NCBI GenBank assembly: GCA_976226885.1
Contig: OZ320319.1
Span: 66,464,001-66,528,000 of the forward strand
Direction: 5' to 3'
Length of the DNA stretch: 64,000 nucleotides
Origin: Iphione sp. A-MEVVRFRX5
Lineage: Eukaryota
Part shown: positions 19,301 to 34,200 of the stretch, piece by piece
How positions within the stretch are numbered: position 1 is the first letter of the stretch
Layout: each line of letters begins with the position of its first letter
Notes under the pieces: generated by a model
Databases searched by the model: none
What the model was told of the DNA's origin: nothing
What the model saw: only the letters and a program-made list of their open reading frames with translations
Translations under genes and position numbers: made by a program

Positions 19301-22300
19301 ACTTCTTCCTGCTGCATTTCTACCTGACTCTCCTGTGGCATCTGGATACCAGCTGTTGAAATCTCCATAGTGATTTGAGATGGTTTGATCTCCTCATCTT
19401 TTTGAATCACTATTTCCTCAGATATATGCTCTTCCTTGAGTGGGGCTTCCTGAATGCCAACTTGAGTAGGCTGTGGCATCTGAATTCCTGCAGTGGACAC
19501 TTGCAGAGTGATCTCTGATGGCTGTACCTCCTCATCTTTCTCCATCACAACCTCTTCAGTGACAGTGTCTGGTTTAAATTCAGCATGCTGAATTCCTGCT
19601 TGTGTCAACTGAGGCATTTCTACTCCCGCTGTAGAGATCTCTACAGTGATTTCCGATGGTTGGACTTCTTCATCTTTCTGAACAACTATCTCTTCAGAGA
19701 TTGTCTCCTCAGTGATTTCAGCCTCTTGCATTCCAACCTGCACTGGCTCAGGCATCTGAGACTCAGCAGTAGGAACTTCAAATGTGATCTCACTTGGATG
19801 TACTTCCTCATCTTTGGGAGCAGCTATTTCCTCAGATACAACTTCAGAGGGAACTTCTTCCTGCTGCATTTCTACCTGACTCTCCTGTGGCATCTGGATA
19901 CCAGCTGTTGAAATCTCCATAGTGATTTGAGATGGTTTGATCTCCTCATCTTTTTGAATCACTATTTCCTCAGATATATGCTCTTCCTTGAGTGGGGCTT
20001 CCTGAATGCCAACTTGAGTAGGCTGTGGCATCTGAATTCCTGCAGTGGACACTTGCAGAGTGATCTCTGATGGCTGTACCTCCTCATCTTTCTCCATCAC
20101 AACCTCTTCAGTGACAGTGTCTGGTTTAAATTCAGCATGCTGAATTCCTGCTTGTGTCAACTGAGGCATTTCTACTCCCGCTGTAGAGATCTCCATAGTG
20201 ATTTCAGATGGTTGGACTTCTTCATCTTTCTGAATAACTATCTCTTCAGAGATTGTCTCCTCAGTGATTTCAGCCTCTTGCATTCCAACCTGCACTGGCT
20301 CAGGCATCTGAGACTCAGCAGTAGGAACTTCAAATGTGATCTCACTTGGATGTACTTCCTCATCTTTGGGAGCAGCTATTTCCTCAGATACAACTTCAGA
20401 GGGAACTTCTTCCTGCTGCATTTCTACCTGACTCTCCTGTGGCATCTGGATACCAGCTGTTGAAATCTCCATAGTGATTTGAGATGGTTTGATCTCCTCA
20501 TCTTTTTGAATCACTATTTCCTCAGATATATGCTCTTCCTTGAGTGGGGCTTCCTGAATGCCAACTTGAGTAGGCTGTGGCATCTGAATTCCTGCAGTGG
20601 ACACTTGCAGAGTGATCTCTGATGGCTGTACCTCCTCATCTTTCTCCATCACAACCTCTTCAGTGACAGTGTCTGGTTTAAATTCAGCATGCTGAATTCC
20701 TGCTTGTGTCAACTGAGGCATTTCTACTCCCGCTGTAGAGATCTCCATAGTGATTTCAGATGGTTGGACTTCTTCATCTTTCTGAATAACTATCTCTTCA
20801 GAGATTGTCTCCTCAGTGATTTCAGCCTCTTGCATTCCAACCTGCACTGGCTCAGGCATCTGAGACTCAGCAGTAGGAACTTCAAATGTGATCTCACTTG
20901 GATGTACTTCCTCATCTTTGGGAGCAGCTATTTCCTCAGATACAACTTCAGAGGGAACTTCTTCCTGCTGCATTTCTACCTGACTCTCCTGTGGCATCTG
21001 GATACCAGCTATTGAAATCTCCATAGTGATTTGAGATGGTTTGATCTCCTCATCTTTTTGAATCACTATTTCCTCAGATATATGCTCTTCCTTGAGTGGG
21101 GCTTCCTGAATGTCAACTTGAGTAGGCTGTGGCATCTGAATTCCTGCAGTGGACACTTGCAGAGTGATCTCTGAGGGCTGTACCTCCTCATCTTTCTCCA
21201 TCACAACCTCTTCAGTGACAGTGTCTGGTTTAAATTCAGCATGCTGAATTCCTGCTTGTGTCAACTGAGGCATTTCTACTCCCGCTGTAGAGATCTCTAC
21301 AGTGATTTCCGATGGTTGGACTTCTTCATCTTTCTGAACAACTATCTCTTCAGAGATTGTCTCCTCAGTGATTTCAGCCTCTTGCATTCCAACCTGCACT
21401 GGCTCAGGCATCTGAGACTCAGCAGTAGGAACTTCAAATGTGATCTCACTTGGATGTACTTCCTCATCTTTGGGAGCAGCTATTTCCTCAGATACAACTT
21501 CAGAGGGAACTTCTTCCTGCTGCATTTCTACCTGACTCTCCTGTGGCATCTGGATACCAGCTGTTGAAATCTCCATAGTGATTTGAGATGGTTTGATCTC
21601 CTCATCTTTTTGAATCACTATTTCCTCAGATATATGCTCTTCCTTGAGTGGGGCTTCCTGAATGCCAACTTGAGTAGGCTGTGGCATCTGAATTCCTGCA
21701 GTGGACACTTGCAGAGTGATCTCTGATGGCTGTACCTCCTCATCTTTCTCCATCACAACCTCTTCAGTGACAGTGTCTGGTTTAAATTCAGCATGCTGAA
21801 TTCCTGCTTGTGTCAACTGAGGCATTTCTACTCCCGCTGTAGAGATCTCCATAGTGATTTCAGATGGTTGGACTTCTTCATCTTTCTGAATAACTATCTC
21901 TTCAGAGATTGTCTCCTCAGTGATTTCAGCCTCTTGCATTCCAACCTGCACTGGCTCAGGCATCTGAGACTCAGCAGTAGGAACTTCAAATGTGATCTCA
22001 CTTGGATGTACTTCCTCATCTTTGGGAGCAGCTATTTCCTCAGATACAACTTCAGAGGGAACTTCTTCCTGCTGCATTTCTACCTGACTCTCCTGTGGCA
22101 TCTGGATACCAGCTGTTGAAATCTGCATTGTGATCTGAGTGGACTTGATCTCCTCATCTTTTTGAATCACTATTTCTTCAGATATATGCTCTTCCTTGAG
22201 TGGGGCTTCCTGAATGCCAACTTGAGTAGGCTGTGGCATCTGAATTCCTGCAGTGGACACTTGCAGAGTGATCTCTGATGGCTGTACCTCCTCATCTTTC

Positions 22301-25300
22301 TCCATCACAACCTCTTCAGTGACAGTGTCTGGTTTAAATTCAGCATGCTGAATTCCTGCTTGTGTCAACTGAGGCATTTCTACTCCCGCTGTAGAGATCT
22401 CTACAGTAATTTCCGATGGTTGGACTTCTTCATCTTTCTGAACAACTATCTCTTCAGAGATTGTCTCCTCAGTGATTTCAGCCTCTTGCATTCCAGCCTG
22501 CACTGGCTCAGGCATCTGAGACTCAGCAGTAGGAACTTCAAATGTGATCTCACTTGGATGTACTTCCTCATCTTTGGGAGCAGCTATTTCCTCAGATACA
22601 ACTTCAGAGGGAACTTCTTCCTGCTGCACTTCTACCTGACTCTCCTGTGGCATCTGGATACCAGCTGTTGAAATCTCCATAGTGATTTGAGATGGTTTGA
22701 TCTCCTCATCTTTTTGAATCACTATTTCCTCAGATATATGCTCTTCCTTGAGTGGGGCTTCCTGAATGCCAACTTGAGTAGGCTGTGGCATCTGAATTCC
22801 TGCAGTGGACACTTGCAGAGTGATCTCTGATGGCTGTACCTCCTCATCTTTCTCCATCACAACCTCTTCAGTGACAGTGTCTGGTTTAAATTCAGCATGC
22901 TGAATTCCTGCTTGTGTCAACTGAGGCATTTCTACTCCCGCTGTAGAGATCTCTACAGTGATTTCCGATGGTTGGACTTCTTCATCTTTCTGAACAACTA
23001 TCTCTTCAGAGATTGTCTCCTCAGTGATTTCAGCCTCTTGCATTCCAACCTGCACTGGCTCAGGCATCTGAGACTCAGCAGTAGGAACTTCAAATGTGAT
23101 CTCACTTGGATGTACTTTCTCATCTTTGGGAGCAGCTATTTCCTCAGATACAACTTCAGAGGGAACTTCTTCCTGCTGCATTTCTACCTGACTCTCCTGT
23201 GGCATCTGGATACCAGCTGTTGAAATCTGCATTGTGATCTGAGTGGACTTGATCTCCTCATCCTTTTGAATCACTATTTCCTCAGATATATGCTCTTCCT
23301 TGAGTGGGGCTTCCTGAATGCCAACTTGAGTAGGCTGTGGCATCTGAATTCCTGCAGTGGACACTTGCAGAGTGATCTCTGATGGCTGTACCTCCTCATC
23401 TTTCTCCATCACAACCTCTTCAGTGACAGTGTCTGGTTTAAATTCAGCATGCTGAATTCCTGCTTGTGTCAACTGAGGCATTTCTACTCCCGCTGTAGAG
23501 ATCTCTACAGTGATTTCCGATGGTTGGACTTCTTCATCTTTCTGAACAACTATCTCTTCAGAGATTGTCTCCTCAGTGATTTCAGCCTCTTGCATTCCAA
23601 CCTGCACTGGCTCAGGCATCTGAGACTCAGCAGTAGGAACTTCAAATGTGATCTCACTTGGATGTACTTCCTCATCTTTGGGAGCAGCTATTTCCTCAGA
23701 TACAACTTCAGAGGGAACTTCTTCCTGCTGCATTTCTACCTGACTCTCCTGTGGCATCTGGATACCAGCTGTTGAAATCTCCATAGTGATTTGAGATGGT
23801 TTGATCTCCTCATCTTTTTGAATCACTATTTCCTCAGATATATGCTCTTCCTTGAGTGGGGCTTCCTGAATGCCAACTTGAGTAGGCTGTGGCATCTGAA
23901 TTCCTGCAGTGGACACTTGCAGAGTGATCTCTGATGGCTGTACCTCCTCATCTTTCTCCATCACAACCTCTTCAGTGACAGTGTCTGGTTTAAATTCAGC
24001 ATGCTGAATTCCTGCTTGTGTCAACTGAGGCATTTCTACTCCCGCTGTAGAGATCTCTACAGTGATTTCCGATGGTTGGACTTCTTCATCTTTCTGAACA
24101 ACTATCTCTTCAGAGATTGTCTCCTCAGTGATTTCAGCCTCTTGCATTCCAACCTGCACTGGCTCAGGCATCTGAGACTCAGCAGTAGGAACTTCAAATG
24201 TGATCTCACTTGGATGTACTTCCTCATCTTTGGGAGCAGCTATTTCCTCAGATACAACTTCAGAGGGAACTTCTTCCTGCTGCATTTCTACCTGACTCAT
24301 CTGTGGCATTTGAATGCCTGCAGATGCCACCTGCTGAGTGATTTGAGAGGGTTCAATTGCCTCATCTTTTTCTATGAGAACTTCTTCAGAGAATGTTTCA
24401 TGTTTGATTTCAGTTTGCTGAATTCCTACTTGTGTCAACTGGGGCATCTGAATTCCTGCTGTTGAAATCTCCAGATAAATTTCTGATGGCTGAACTTTTT
24501 CATCCTTTTGGATGAGAAGGGCTTCTGATACTGTTTCTACAGTCACTTCAGACTGTTGCATTTCCACCTGAAGTGGTTGAGGCATTTGTGACTCAGCAGA
24601 TAACCCCTCAAACACTACCTCAGTTGGCAGTACGTCTACATCTTTTGGAGCTGCAGTTCCCTCAGATACAACTTCCATAGGGATATCTTCCAACTTTGTC
24701 CCAACTTGAGTCATTTGTGGCATATGGATACCAGCTTTGGAAATCTCAAGAGGTATTTCAGTAGTTTTTACTTCCTCCTCCTTCTGGGTCAATATTTCTT
24801 CTGAGATGATATCTTCCTTAAGCTGAACTTCTTGTGTACCTACCTGAGTAAGCTGGGGCACTTGGATTCCTGCAGTAGATACTTGCAGAGTTATCTCAGA
24901 TGGCTTGACTTTCTCATCCTTCTCTATCACGACATCTTCAGTAACAGTGTCTGTTGTAAACTGAGCATGCTGAACATCTACCTGTGTCAACTGAGGCATT
25001 CCAACTCCCACTGTGGATATCTCCATGGTGATTTCAGATGGCTGAATTTCTTCATCTTTGGGTGCAGCAATTGTTTCTGATATGGCTTCTATGGCTACTT
25101 CCGCCTGCTGCATTTCTGTCTGGACTGGTTTGGGCAGTTGTTTCTCAACAGTCGGTATGTCTAAAACAACTTTTGTTGGCTGAATCTCCTTATCCTCTGG
25201 ATGAGTAATTTCTTCTGAAACAGTGTCATAAAAGATCTCCTCTTCTAGCGTTTCAACTTGTGTCGTTTGTGGCATCTGTATTCCTGCTGTAGAAACCTCC

Positions 25301-25763
25301 AATGTGATCTCAGTAGATTTGATTCCTTCATCTTTCTGAGTCACTATTTCTCCAGAAATCCTTTCCCCTTTGAGATGAACTTCCTGTACACCCACCTGAC
25401 TTGGCCGTGGCATCTGAACTTCTGCGGTAACAGCATGTCTATGCATTTCAGACGGAATCACTTTTTTGATCAATGTTTGCTCTTCACGAAGTTCCTGCAC
25501 TTCGTCTTCCTTAGGGAAATCAATCTTAGTTACCTGTGTAACTTGAGAAGGAACTATATCAACTGTTACTGTCTTGGTTTCTTTTTCGGTGCGGAAGGTT
25601 TCTATTGTCTGTTGAGGCGTTGCTATTTCAAAGGAAACTGGCTCAAAGCCACTCTTTTCGGGTAATTCTAACTGAACTTGTTCTGAGACATATTTTGTCT
25701 CAGGTTGACTTTTCTCCAGCTTCACTGCTATAGGGCCTACCTGGATTTCAGCACGCTGCAAGG
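16386..25763 (-). CDS. Giant 9378-bp PEVK-like exon (3126 codons), mostly tandem repeat
   Basis: tttgtAG acceptor at 25765-25764 is the phase-1-compatible choice; GTATAT donor at 16385; open throughout. Confidence 0.85.
16710..24310 (-). repeat. Coding higher-order tandem array: ~14 near-identical 552-bp units (184 aa = 4 x 46 aa), with diverged 138-bp monomers extending to ~25400
   Basis: Antisense shadow ORFs start every 552 bp from 16825 to 24001; units differ by only a few substitutions. Confidence 0.97.
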
Positions 25764-28227
25764 CTACAAAAATACGAAATGTTTCGTCAATTTGACGAAG
25801 AATTTAATGACTGTATCAACAATGTAGAATCAGAATCAGTGATATAAATAAATGGAATTATATTGATTAACGTCATTTGAAAAACACATAGTAGAAACAT
25901 TTAAACGTTTTACGTATATCCTATATCAAAGACCCTCTGTACTTCTCAGAAGACGTTTAGATTGCAGAAAATATTCTAAATGAAAATCTTTGCTTGAGAC
26001 AATATTACACATGTAGGTAATAAATTCCAGATGAATTCACACATAGTGCGTCACTTGGTGCACCTGGAGAAAAAATTAAAAGTCATATATATTAGTAGGA
26101 GCAAGATAAGGATAAAATCTAAATAACTGAACAAGTGACGGTTATGAACTGGGCAAAGCAACATTTGCTATTTTTCATAACATTTATAAATGCATCATCG
26201 CATAGAATCGTCTTTTCGTCTTGATAACAGTTCGGTATTGGACAAGATACTAAAGTATTTTTGAGGTCCGTTCATTTTCTTCAACCAAATCCAACTATAC
26301 TAAAGCTCAAAACCTACTCTGACAACAGAGGATTTTGGTCAAACTGAACAACAGGCAGGTTTGGAAGATTTGATTCAATGTGCCCGTCAGTGAAACATAT
26401 TCGAGGTTTAAATATGACATTAAAATAACATCTGTAGTTTGCCTCGGGGCCCATATCCGATTATAGAGATTCCATGTAGTTACACTATGCTAACTACTAA
26501 CAGTAATGGCATAATGGGTCCCAATTTCTTTGAAAAAATGATCATTTTTTTATTCTGTGGAAAGTTATTTCCTCTTCACCTCCCACAACCTCTTGTGCAA
26601 TAATCAATGTCCCTCAGATCTTCTCAAGGGTAAGTGCTTGCATCATCACAATGACAATTGCATGTCCTATAATGTGACTGATGCACTTGCCAACATATAT
26701 CATGCGGACTTTTTAAAACACATACAAAGGGCAAATCTTTCCTTCTGTGTGCGAACCACAGCTGTAATCATATCACATAATAATGCACTAGCATTAAGTG
26801 CTCTGCAGGCACGCAAAATCCATTAAGTCAGATAGTATACCTAGGACACCATGTACACGTATAAGTTAATTTCAGCTTTCACTCAAAAGCCACACACCGA
26901 CAGATACTGATTAATATCTATTACTCCTTTGATGTTTGTTCTCAAACCCTTTGATGTCATGTTCTCAAACCCGGATGACATCTCTTTTACTTACGGAATG
27001 ATTCCTTATTCAAGGAATCAGGTATAATCTTTGTATAGCAGAGCATTGACTGTGACAAGAGTATTTTGGAGGTACAGGGCTAGGGGCATGGGGGACTTGC
27101 ATAAGAGTATCTGGAAAGAAACAGAAAACGACAAAAGGCAATAGGTAAACAGAGAAAACAATAATGACAAGTGAATATCTTCTATTATACCGGGAAGATA
27201 ATTCCCACAATTTAAAAGGGATTGTATCTAAACGGATGCTCCACAGACGGTATGAGGAGGTTGTATCATTCAATCTTTTTTTTTGTATTGCTGCCGTCAA
27301 AATTAACATATACATATTAAATTAACCTTACCATTTTAGTGTAAAAGATCATTCCTATTGTTGCAGCCTAATATTCTCTGCAAAAAGTCGCATCATTAAA
27401 ACATAAAAAAATTCTAGGTGGAACAATGCTACATTTTATTTTTGCTGAGATTTGAATAATTAGACTTTGTACTAAATTTAACATTGGAGACCAAAATGTT
27501 GTAGTTTGGGCGTATTTTCCGCCATTTTGTGTTATCTATAACTAAGAGAAAATATCAAAATCACTGACGTCCACAAGATGCATTGTTTTGTTACTTAATT
27601 TATCTCTTCGATCTCTGGAAACGCTTGCGAATGTCTCTTAAAATGAGTGTGTGATGATAAATAACAATATGTGTCAGTTTTCTCTTAATGCAAAAGGCAT
27701 CTTGCATCTTGAGGAGCATGATGATTTTTCAAATGAAGAAACTACATATTATAAAAGCAGCAACATGTTGGTCTATTCGTCTACATTTCCCACGATCCGT
27801 CGTAAAAGCATATTTATCCTGAAATCACTGACCAGAAACAATTGTTCCACTAGTGAATTACATCAATACTGGTGTGAAGAGCTAGAGCATTTCCCTTTTA
27901 TACTGATTTTTGCAGACCAAAAACTGAACTTGTATGCAATGGTAAATAAGCATATCTGAGAAAGCACGTGAATGCAAAAACGCGATAACTCTGTCTGTAA
28001 AGCCAGTCAATAAATTCAATATTCTCGTGTAACTATTTCTTTACTTAACAATTTTGGATTTCCATGTGTAATTATGCTTATTTTGATAGCATACAGATAT
28101 CAAGCTAACATACTTTAGTCTCAAAGGCTTGTACATTTTATAAATATCCAGCTCTTTGTACCAGGTATCTCCACGCAATAACAGGAAGGCAATGATATTT
28201 GTTTGTATTCATTGAACCACTACACAC

Positions 28228-31200
28228 CTTTCACTGACAGTGTTGCTGATGTCTGTACAGTGCCACGTTGGTCGGTCGCCCTGCACGTGTAGCTGCCGGT
28301 GGTAGCAAGGCTCGTGCGTTTCACAATCAGTACCCGCATGCCATCAGCCATGCTCTGGATGTCGAACCGGGCCGATCGGGTCACCTGGTAGCCGTTAAAC
28401 AGCCAGGTGACCTTCATTGTTGTGTCCCCGGAGAAGCGGCATTCGAACCGCGCTGCTTGGCCCTCTCTCACTGCCAGGTCTTTCAGGCCTATTTCAACAG
28501 TGAGTTCCTGGGCTGCTTTCGGCAGGGCTTCTTCTCCAACACTTTCTATAGTTTGGGATTGGGATGGGGTCACTGGGACAGGGGCACCAGATTGGGTGGT
28601 TGTTATCAACTCTCTTGTCACAGTCTGCTCTTCTAAAGCCCTCACGGCCTGCATTCTACTGACCTTGCTAACCTTCTTACTTACAGTTACACTGCTCTCT
28701 TTGACGACCCTACCGTATCTGTCCTTTGTACCAATGTCGACTAGCTCTTCACGCCCTATTACCACGTCACCTTCAGCTGACTCAACCTGGGACTGTTCAC
28801 TATCGCCTTGTGAAGTGACGATACTCTCCTTTATTTGCTGAACGACTGAGGACTCCTCACCCAAATCTCCCAACTCCTTTCTTATTTCATATGATGTATC
28901 AGTCGCCTGCTTTCTTGCTACCCGACCCGTCTGTTCTACTTGCCAGATATCCGATCTACCCTCTTTCCTCTCTAGCATGCTAGGCTCAGCACCAAGGGCA
29001 TCGTCTGGCGTTTCTCTGACCTTTCTATTTCCTTGCTCGATGTTGATTGATGCCTCACCCGACACATCTAACCTCGTCCTGGTCCATGTGAGCTGCTCTT
29101 CACTACTGAGCTCCTCTTTCCTGATATCTCCGGTAGTGGTCTGCTCATAAATCTGTGTTTGAATGGTCTTAGAGTCAGTAATGTCGGAATCCTTTTGATG
29201 GGCCTCTGTCATTTCTGATGTTTTCGAAGTCATTTGAGCTGTTCGCCGTGGTTCATGCACGGATATCTTGGCTGGGGAGGCTTTGTATAATTCTGCACTC
29301 CCTTGTGAACTACGTCTTACATATTCTATTTTAGTGTCTGGCAGAGACTGAGTATATTCCATAATTTCTTTTGAAAAGTTGGGTAGAGCTTGTACTTCAA
29401 CTGAGTGCCGTTTGGCTCTGGAAACCTCTCTTCTTGGTTCAACATCACCAGTAGCTTTTTCTACATCTCTATAAATTACAAGAGACTCAGTATCTTCAGA
29501 GATATCCTTAGAAATGTGAGGAGTTACTTGCACTTCAATGGAATGCCGTTTTGCTCTTGAAACCTTTGGTTTTTGTACAATATCATCAGTGGCTTTTTCC
29601 ACATCTCTATAAACTACAAATGCCTCACTATCTTCAGAGATATCTTTAGAAACATGGGGTTTAACCTGCACTTCAATTGAATGACGTTTGGCTCTTGAAA
29701 CTGTTGGTTTTTGTACAATATCATCAGTGGCTTTTTCCACATCTGTATGGACTATAAAAGCCTCTGTGTTTTCAGAGATATCTTTTGAAACATGGGGTTT
29801 AACCTGCACTTCAATTGAATGACGTTTGGCTCTTGAAACTGTTGGTCTTTGTACAATATCATCAGTGGCTTTTTCTACATCTGTATGGACTATAAAAGCC
29901 TCTGTGTCTTCAGAGATATCTTTAGAAACATGGGGTTTAACCTGCACTTCAATTGAATGACGTTTGGCTCTGGAAACCTTTGGTCTTTGAACAACATCAT
30001 CGCTGGCCTTTTCCACATCTGTACAGACATCAACCTTTTGAACCTGCTCCTCTTTGACCTCTTCAGATACTGGCGCTGCCTTAGGATAGACCTGGGGCAT
30101 GCGCAATGCTTTGTTAATGGGTGGGCCCATGACTAGCCTCTCCTCGGTAAACTCTTCAGTGAAATCCTCCCCAGTTGCATCGTCGGTACTATGCACCTGA
30201 ATATCCTCCTTCTGTACCAACACATGCTCCTCCCTCCTTGCTGTGAGCCTCACATTCTCTGAGGTGTCTAGGGTCACCTCTGTGAGGGATTCAGATGCCT
30301 CTGTAAGGTCCACATCGCTAATATTATCTGCTGCATCATCAGTACTATGCATCTGAATATCCTCCTTCTGTACCAACACACGCTCCTCCCTCCTTGCTGT
30401 GAGTCTCACATTCTCTGGAGTGTCTAGGGTGACCTCTGTGAGGGACTCAGATGCCTCTGTTAGGTCCACATCACTGATATTATCTGCCGCTTCGCTGTCA
30501 ATGTCCTCCTTGGTTTCATCTGCACGTGTAGAGGGTTTCTGCCGAAGTTCTACAGCCTGCACTTCCAAGCCCACCTCTATCCTGCCTTCTTGTACTTCGT
30601 CTGTGGGTACTTCTTCCAATACGTTGACATCCTCAATGCCCACTGACTCAGACACCGGTTTGATTCGCCCAGCAGGTCGGTCTGATGACCCTGCAGTCTC
30701 GACGGCGATGGAGGAAAGCACTTCCATGTTTGATTGCTCCGTGGGTACCTCCTCGACCATTACTACCTGGTCTACTGACGACTCATCGATAGAGAAGCGA
30801 GTTCGACAAACAATGCGATTTCGTATGTCAGTCACAGGCTTCTCATAATCATCGATGGTCGCAATGGCTGGAGTAGCTTTAATAACTCCATCAATCACGC
30901 CAACAACATCATGGCTATCACTGACATTAATCAGCCCAGTAGCTTCCTCCTGCATCGTTTCTGACACTGTTTCCTTCTCCAACGAATCTACAGCCAACTT
31001 AACGGCGATCGTACCAGCTATTAGTTCAACTTCCTCACAGTGGGCATCTTCGACCTTTGTGTCTTCGACCTCTTGAGTACTCTCAACCTTGACCTGCTCT
31101 TGGTTTTCACCAGTCAGCTGTGCTACTTGAGGTGCGATGGCTACGTCGTTGTCTTCCAACTTCTGCTCCTGAAGCCCCTCAAGGAGTTGCTCACTGCTGA

Positions 31201-34200
31201 TGTCGGTGAGACTATGCTGTGAGCCGAGGGAGACTACTTCTTCCAGTTCATCTGTCTGCATTGACGTGCTAAGACCAGGCTGAGAAATCGTCGTCAGCTC
31301 GTCCAACACATCGACCTCTACAGACGTGTGCTGCATGCAGATGTCCAGTGCGGCAGCTTCCTCCTCAGGGACGTCCTCTGATAGCGGGAGTGTCTTTTCA
31401 GCAGCCCTTGGGGAAATTTCAACACTTGCCAAACACCCATTTAAGGAGCCCTCTGCCACATGATCGACTTCGATCTCTTTCAGAGGCTGAAATTCTATAT
31501 GTTCAGAAATGTCCTCCATTTGTTCTGGGGAGGTATGATACAGTGCGGCACCTGAGGTCACTGCAGCAGTTGAATCCGCCTTCTCCACGTCTGCTTGGAG
31601 GGCTTTTGGTGACACTTCAGTACGAACCTCCGGCAACGTGTCAGTAATCTCTTCCTGAATGATCTGGTCAACATCTTGTGGTGATATCCTATGTGTTGTT
31701 TCCAAAAGTGAGACCTCTGACACAAGAGATTGCTGTTCGGCTAATGGTTGTTCAGTACCTACAGTTTCCGATTTTGACTCAGTTTCTACGGTGATAGTTT
31801 CTTCTATCACAGTCTCAGCAGTTGTCGCCTCTTTGCCAGAGATATCAAGTGTCATGCTTTCATCCTTCTGAATCAGGGTCTTTGCAACGTCGTCCTTAGC
31901 CTCCAGCATTCTTGTTGCTTCTTCAACTGCGTCTTGTTTCTCTAACACTGGTGCCGGTTTCTCTAACACTGGTGCCGGTGTGTCAACATACATGTAGGTT
32001 GGGCGTGTCAATTCAGCAGACTGGTAAGAAGTACTGGATGCTTCTTGGAGTTCATCTACAGGGAATTCAACAACGAGGGTTTCGTCACTACCTAGTTTCT
32101 GTTCTTTAAGGATCATTATTTCATCAAGACCTTGTTCGGTTGGGATCTCAACAACAAGGGTACGGTCAGTGCTTGCTGTCTCTTCCTTTTGAAGGCGTGT
32201 TTCTCTATCACTTTCGCTCGGTTTCTGTGAATCAGGCACTACTTCTAATGGTTTTTCAGATGTAGCATATTCACGTATAACCTTCATTTTACTCTCAGTT
32301 ACACCCAGTGCGATCTCGCTTAGAGCTTCTGTGGTGGCCCCCTTTACAACATCATCAGCTACTTGCATAGCAAGAACGGTAAGTATGTCTTCCTCCTTAC
32401 GTACTTCTTTGGTTTCATCTGCTGAGGCCCTTTCTTCAGTTGCGTCAGACTGGTCTACTATTGTAGGTACGGTTCCGGGTTCCTCCTCCGTTACGATCTG
32501 GCCAAACTCAAGTTTGGTATCTTTCACGTCCTTTTGAACAGTGGTGGTTCTTGATTCTGATGTTTCTGAAATACCGACAATCTTTCGCTGTTCTATAGAC
32601 ACTGTTTCTTCTGGCACTGCTTGGGTACTAGGTTTAATAGCCTCAACCTTTGGCACCGTCACTTGCGGTGTGGTTTTGTGTTCGACAACCTCGTCAACAG
32701 TTTCCAGGAAGATTTCCTCAATCACTTCGACGATGGTTTGCTTATTTCTATCGCTCCTTGCCTGTTCAACTGCTTGTTCCTCTACATCGGACACACTCGC
32801 AGTGGCCTTCTCTGGCGAATCTCTTTGCACATGATCTGTCCCTTCAGTGCTAATCTCCTCTGTTACCACCGATGCCACACTTTCTGGTCTCTTCATAGTT
32901 GTCGCCTGCTCAGTGACAGGCAGACCTTTCTGTTCGCCAATCTGAGGTGCCCCTTCCTGCGTCACGTGGGACTTGTAATGCTGGTAAATATCTGGGCTAT
33001 GCTCTTCAGACGCACCGACTGGAACCTCATCGGTGGCTTCTGGTGTAGAGAGTTCTACCTCAGCACAGGTTGACTGCTCGCTCTTACTATACGTCCTGGC
33101 ATCAATGCGCCCACTTTCTTCAGTGGTATGATGCGTTTCTGTTTCTTGTACGCCTTGGACCTGCTGGTGCATCATCTCCACCTTCTCAAGAGAAGTTGTT
33201 CGTTGCACTAGGTCTAGATCGGCCGTGACGGAATCTCCGACAAGTTCTGACGTTTTCATGATCGTGGCTTCCTCAGTCGAAATTAATTCCTCAGAAACAG
33301 AGCGTGGTTCCCTTTCAGGTTCCCGTTCTTGCTGGCTCTCTACGCGACTTTCGACCGATACAACACCTGACACTTCCCTCTCAGATTGTTCCAAGAGGGA
33401 AGTCGTTCTGGATTTATCTTGGATGTCAGCCATCACGGTAGGCGTCTCATCCCTATGTACGAGTTGCTCCTGACGTAAGGCTGTGGCTAGCTCGTCAGAA
33501 GTGATAGGAGCTGCTCGCTCAATAACAACGCTAGTTGTGGATGTCACACCACTGGGAAGCATCTGCACCGGAGGTACGCTGAATTGCGTGATTGTTTCTT
33601 CTGGAACATGAGGTACAGTGACGGCCTCGCCTGTGACCTTTGACACTGTAGTTGTCTTCGTATAGACAGTGGATCCATCCGTCAGACCTACAGTCATCGG
33701 GCCGGTTGGCTCTGTTAATTGTTCGACATCTTTATCTTTCAGAGCCTGTGAGGGTTCGACTTTCACAATCATTTCCTTCGGCATTTCACGGAAGATGACT
33801 TTATCTGAAATAGTTGCCACCTGCGTCAGCTCATCAAAGCTCTGTGGAGGGACTCCCTCTATCTCAAGTGTAGGCGATAGACTGGCCGCAGGCTTATCAG
33901 CACTCACCACCTGTATCTCAGTTGTTTCATCTGGTTTTGCTGATATCATTGGCTTCTTCCAGATTTTTTCCTGGATTTGTAATGGCAAGGCCTGCCTGAC
34001 AGTGGTCTTGATGTCACTTTCTGCCATAGCAACCATGGCATCTATGCTGTGATCTAGGGTCACTGGACAAATTCCCTTGGTATCTGCCCGCGCTATCAGC
34101 GAATCGATATCTTCATCCAGAGTGACTTCTTCGGTGGTGGTTATTACGGCAGGACGGACGTCTGTGACGGTTTCGGTGATGAGTTCTTCACCAGGTGTAC

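Noticed and set aside
10915-24310. Regularly spaced repeats as possible CRISPR arrays
   Set aside because: Units are contiguous with no unique spacers, there are no cas genes, and the context is a spliced eukaryotic gene.
16825-24465. Fourteen near-identical 108-aa plus-strand ORFs (MLNSCLCQLRHF...) at 552-bp spacing
   Set aside because: They are antisense shadows of the minus-strand Glu/Gln-rich repeat exon; the F/L/S/C/H-rich composition is what reverse-complemented GAA/CAG codons give. They are not a gene array.
12310-27000. Short 20-25-bp intronic direct duplications (near 12310-12360, 12569-12616, 26930-26975)
   Set aside because: Ordinary slippage products with no further structure.
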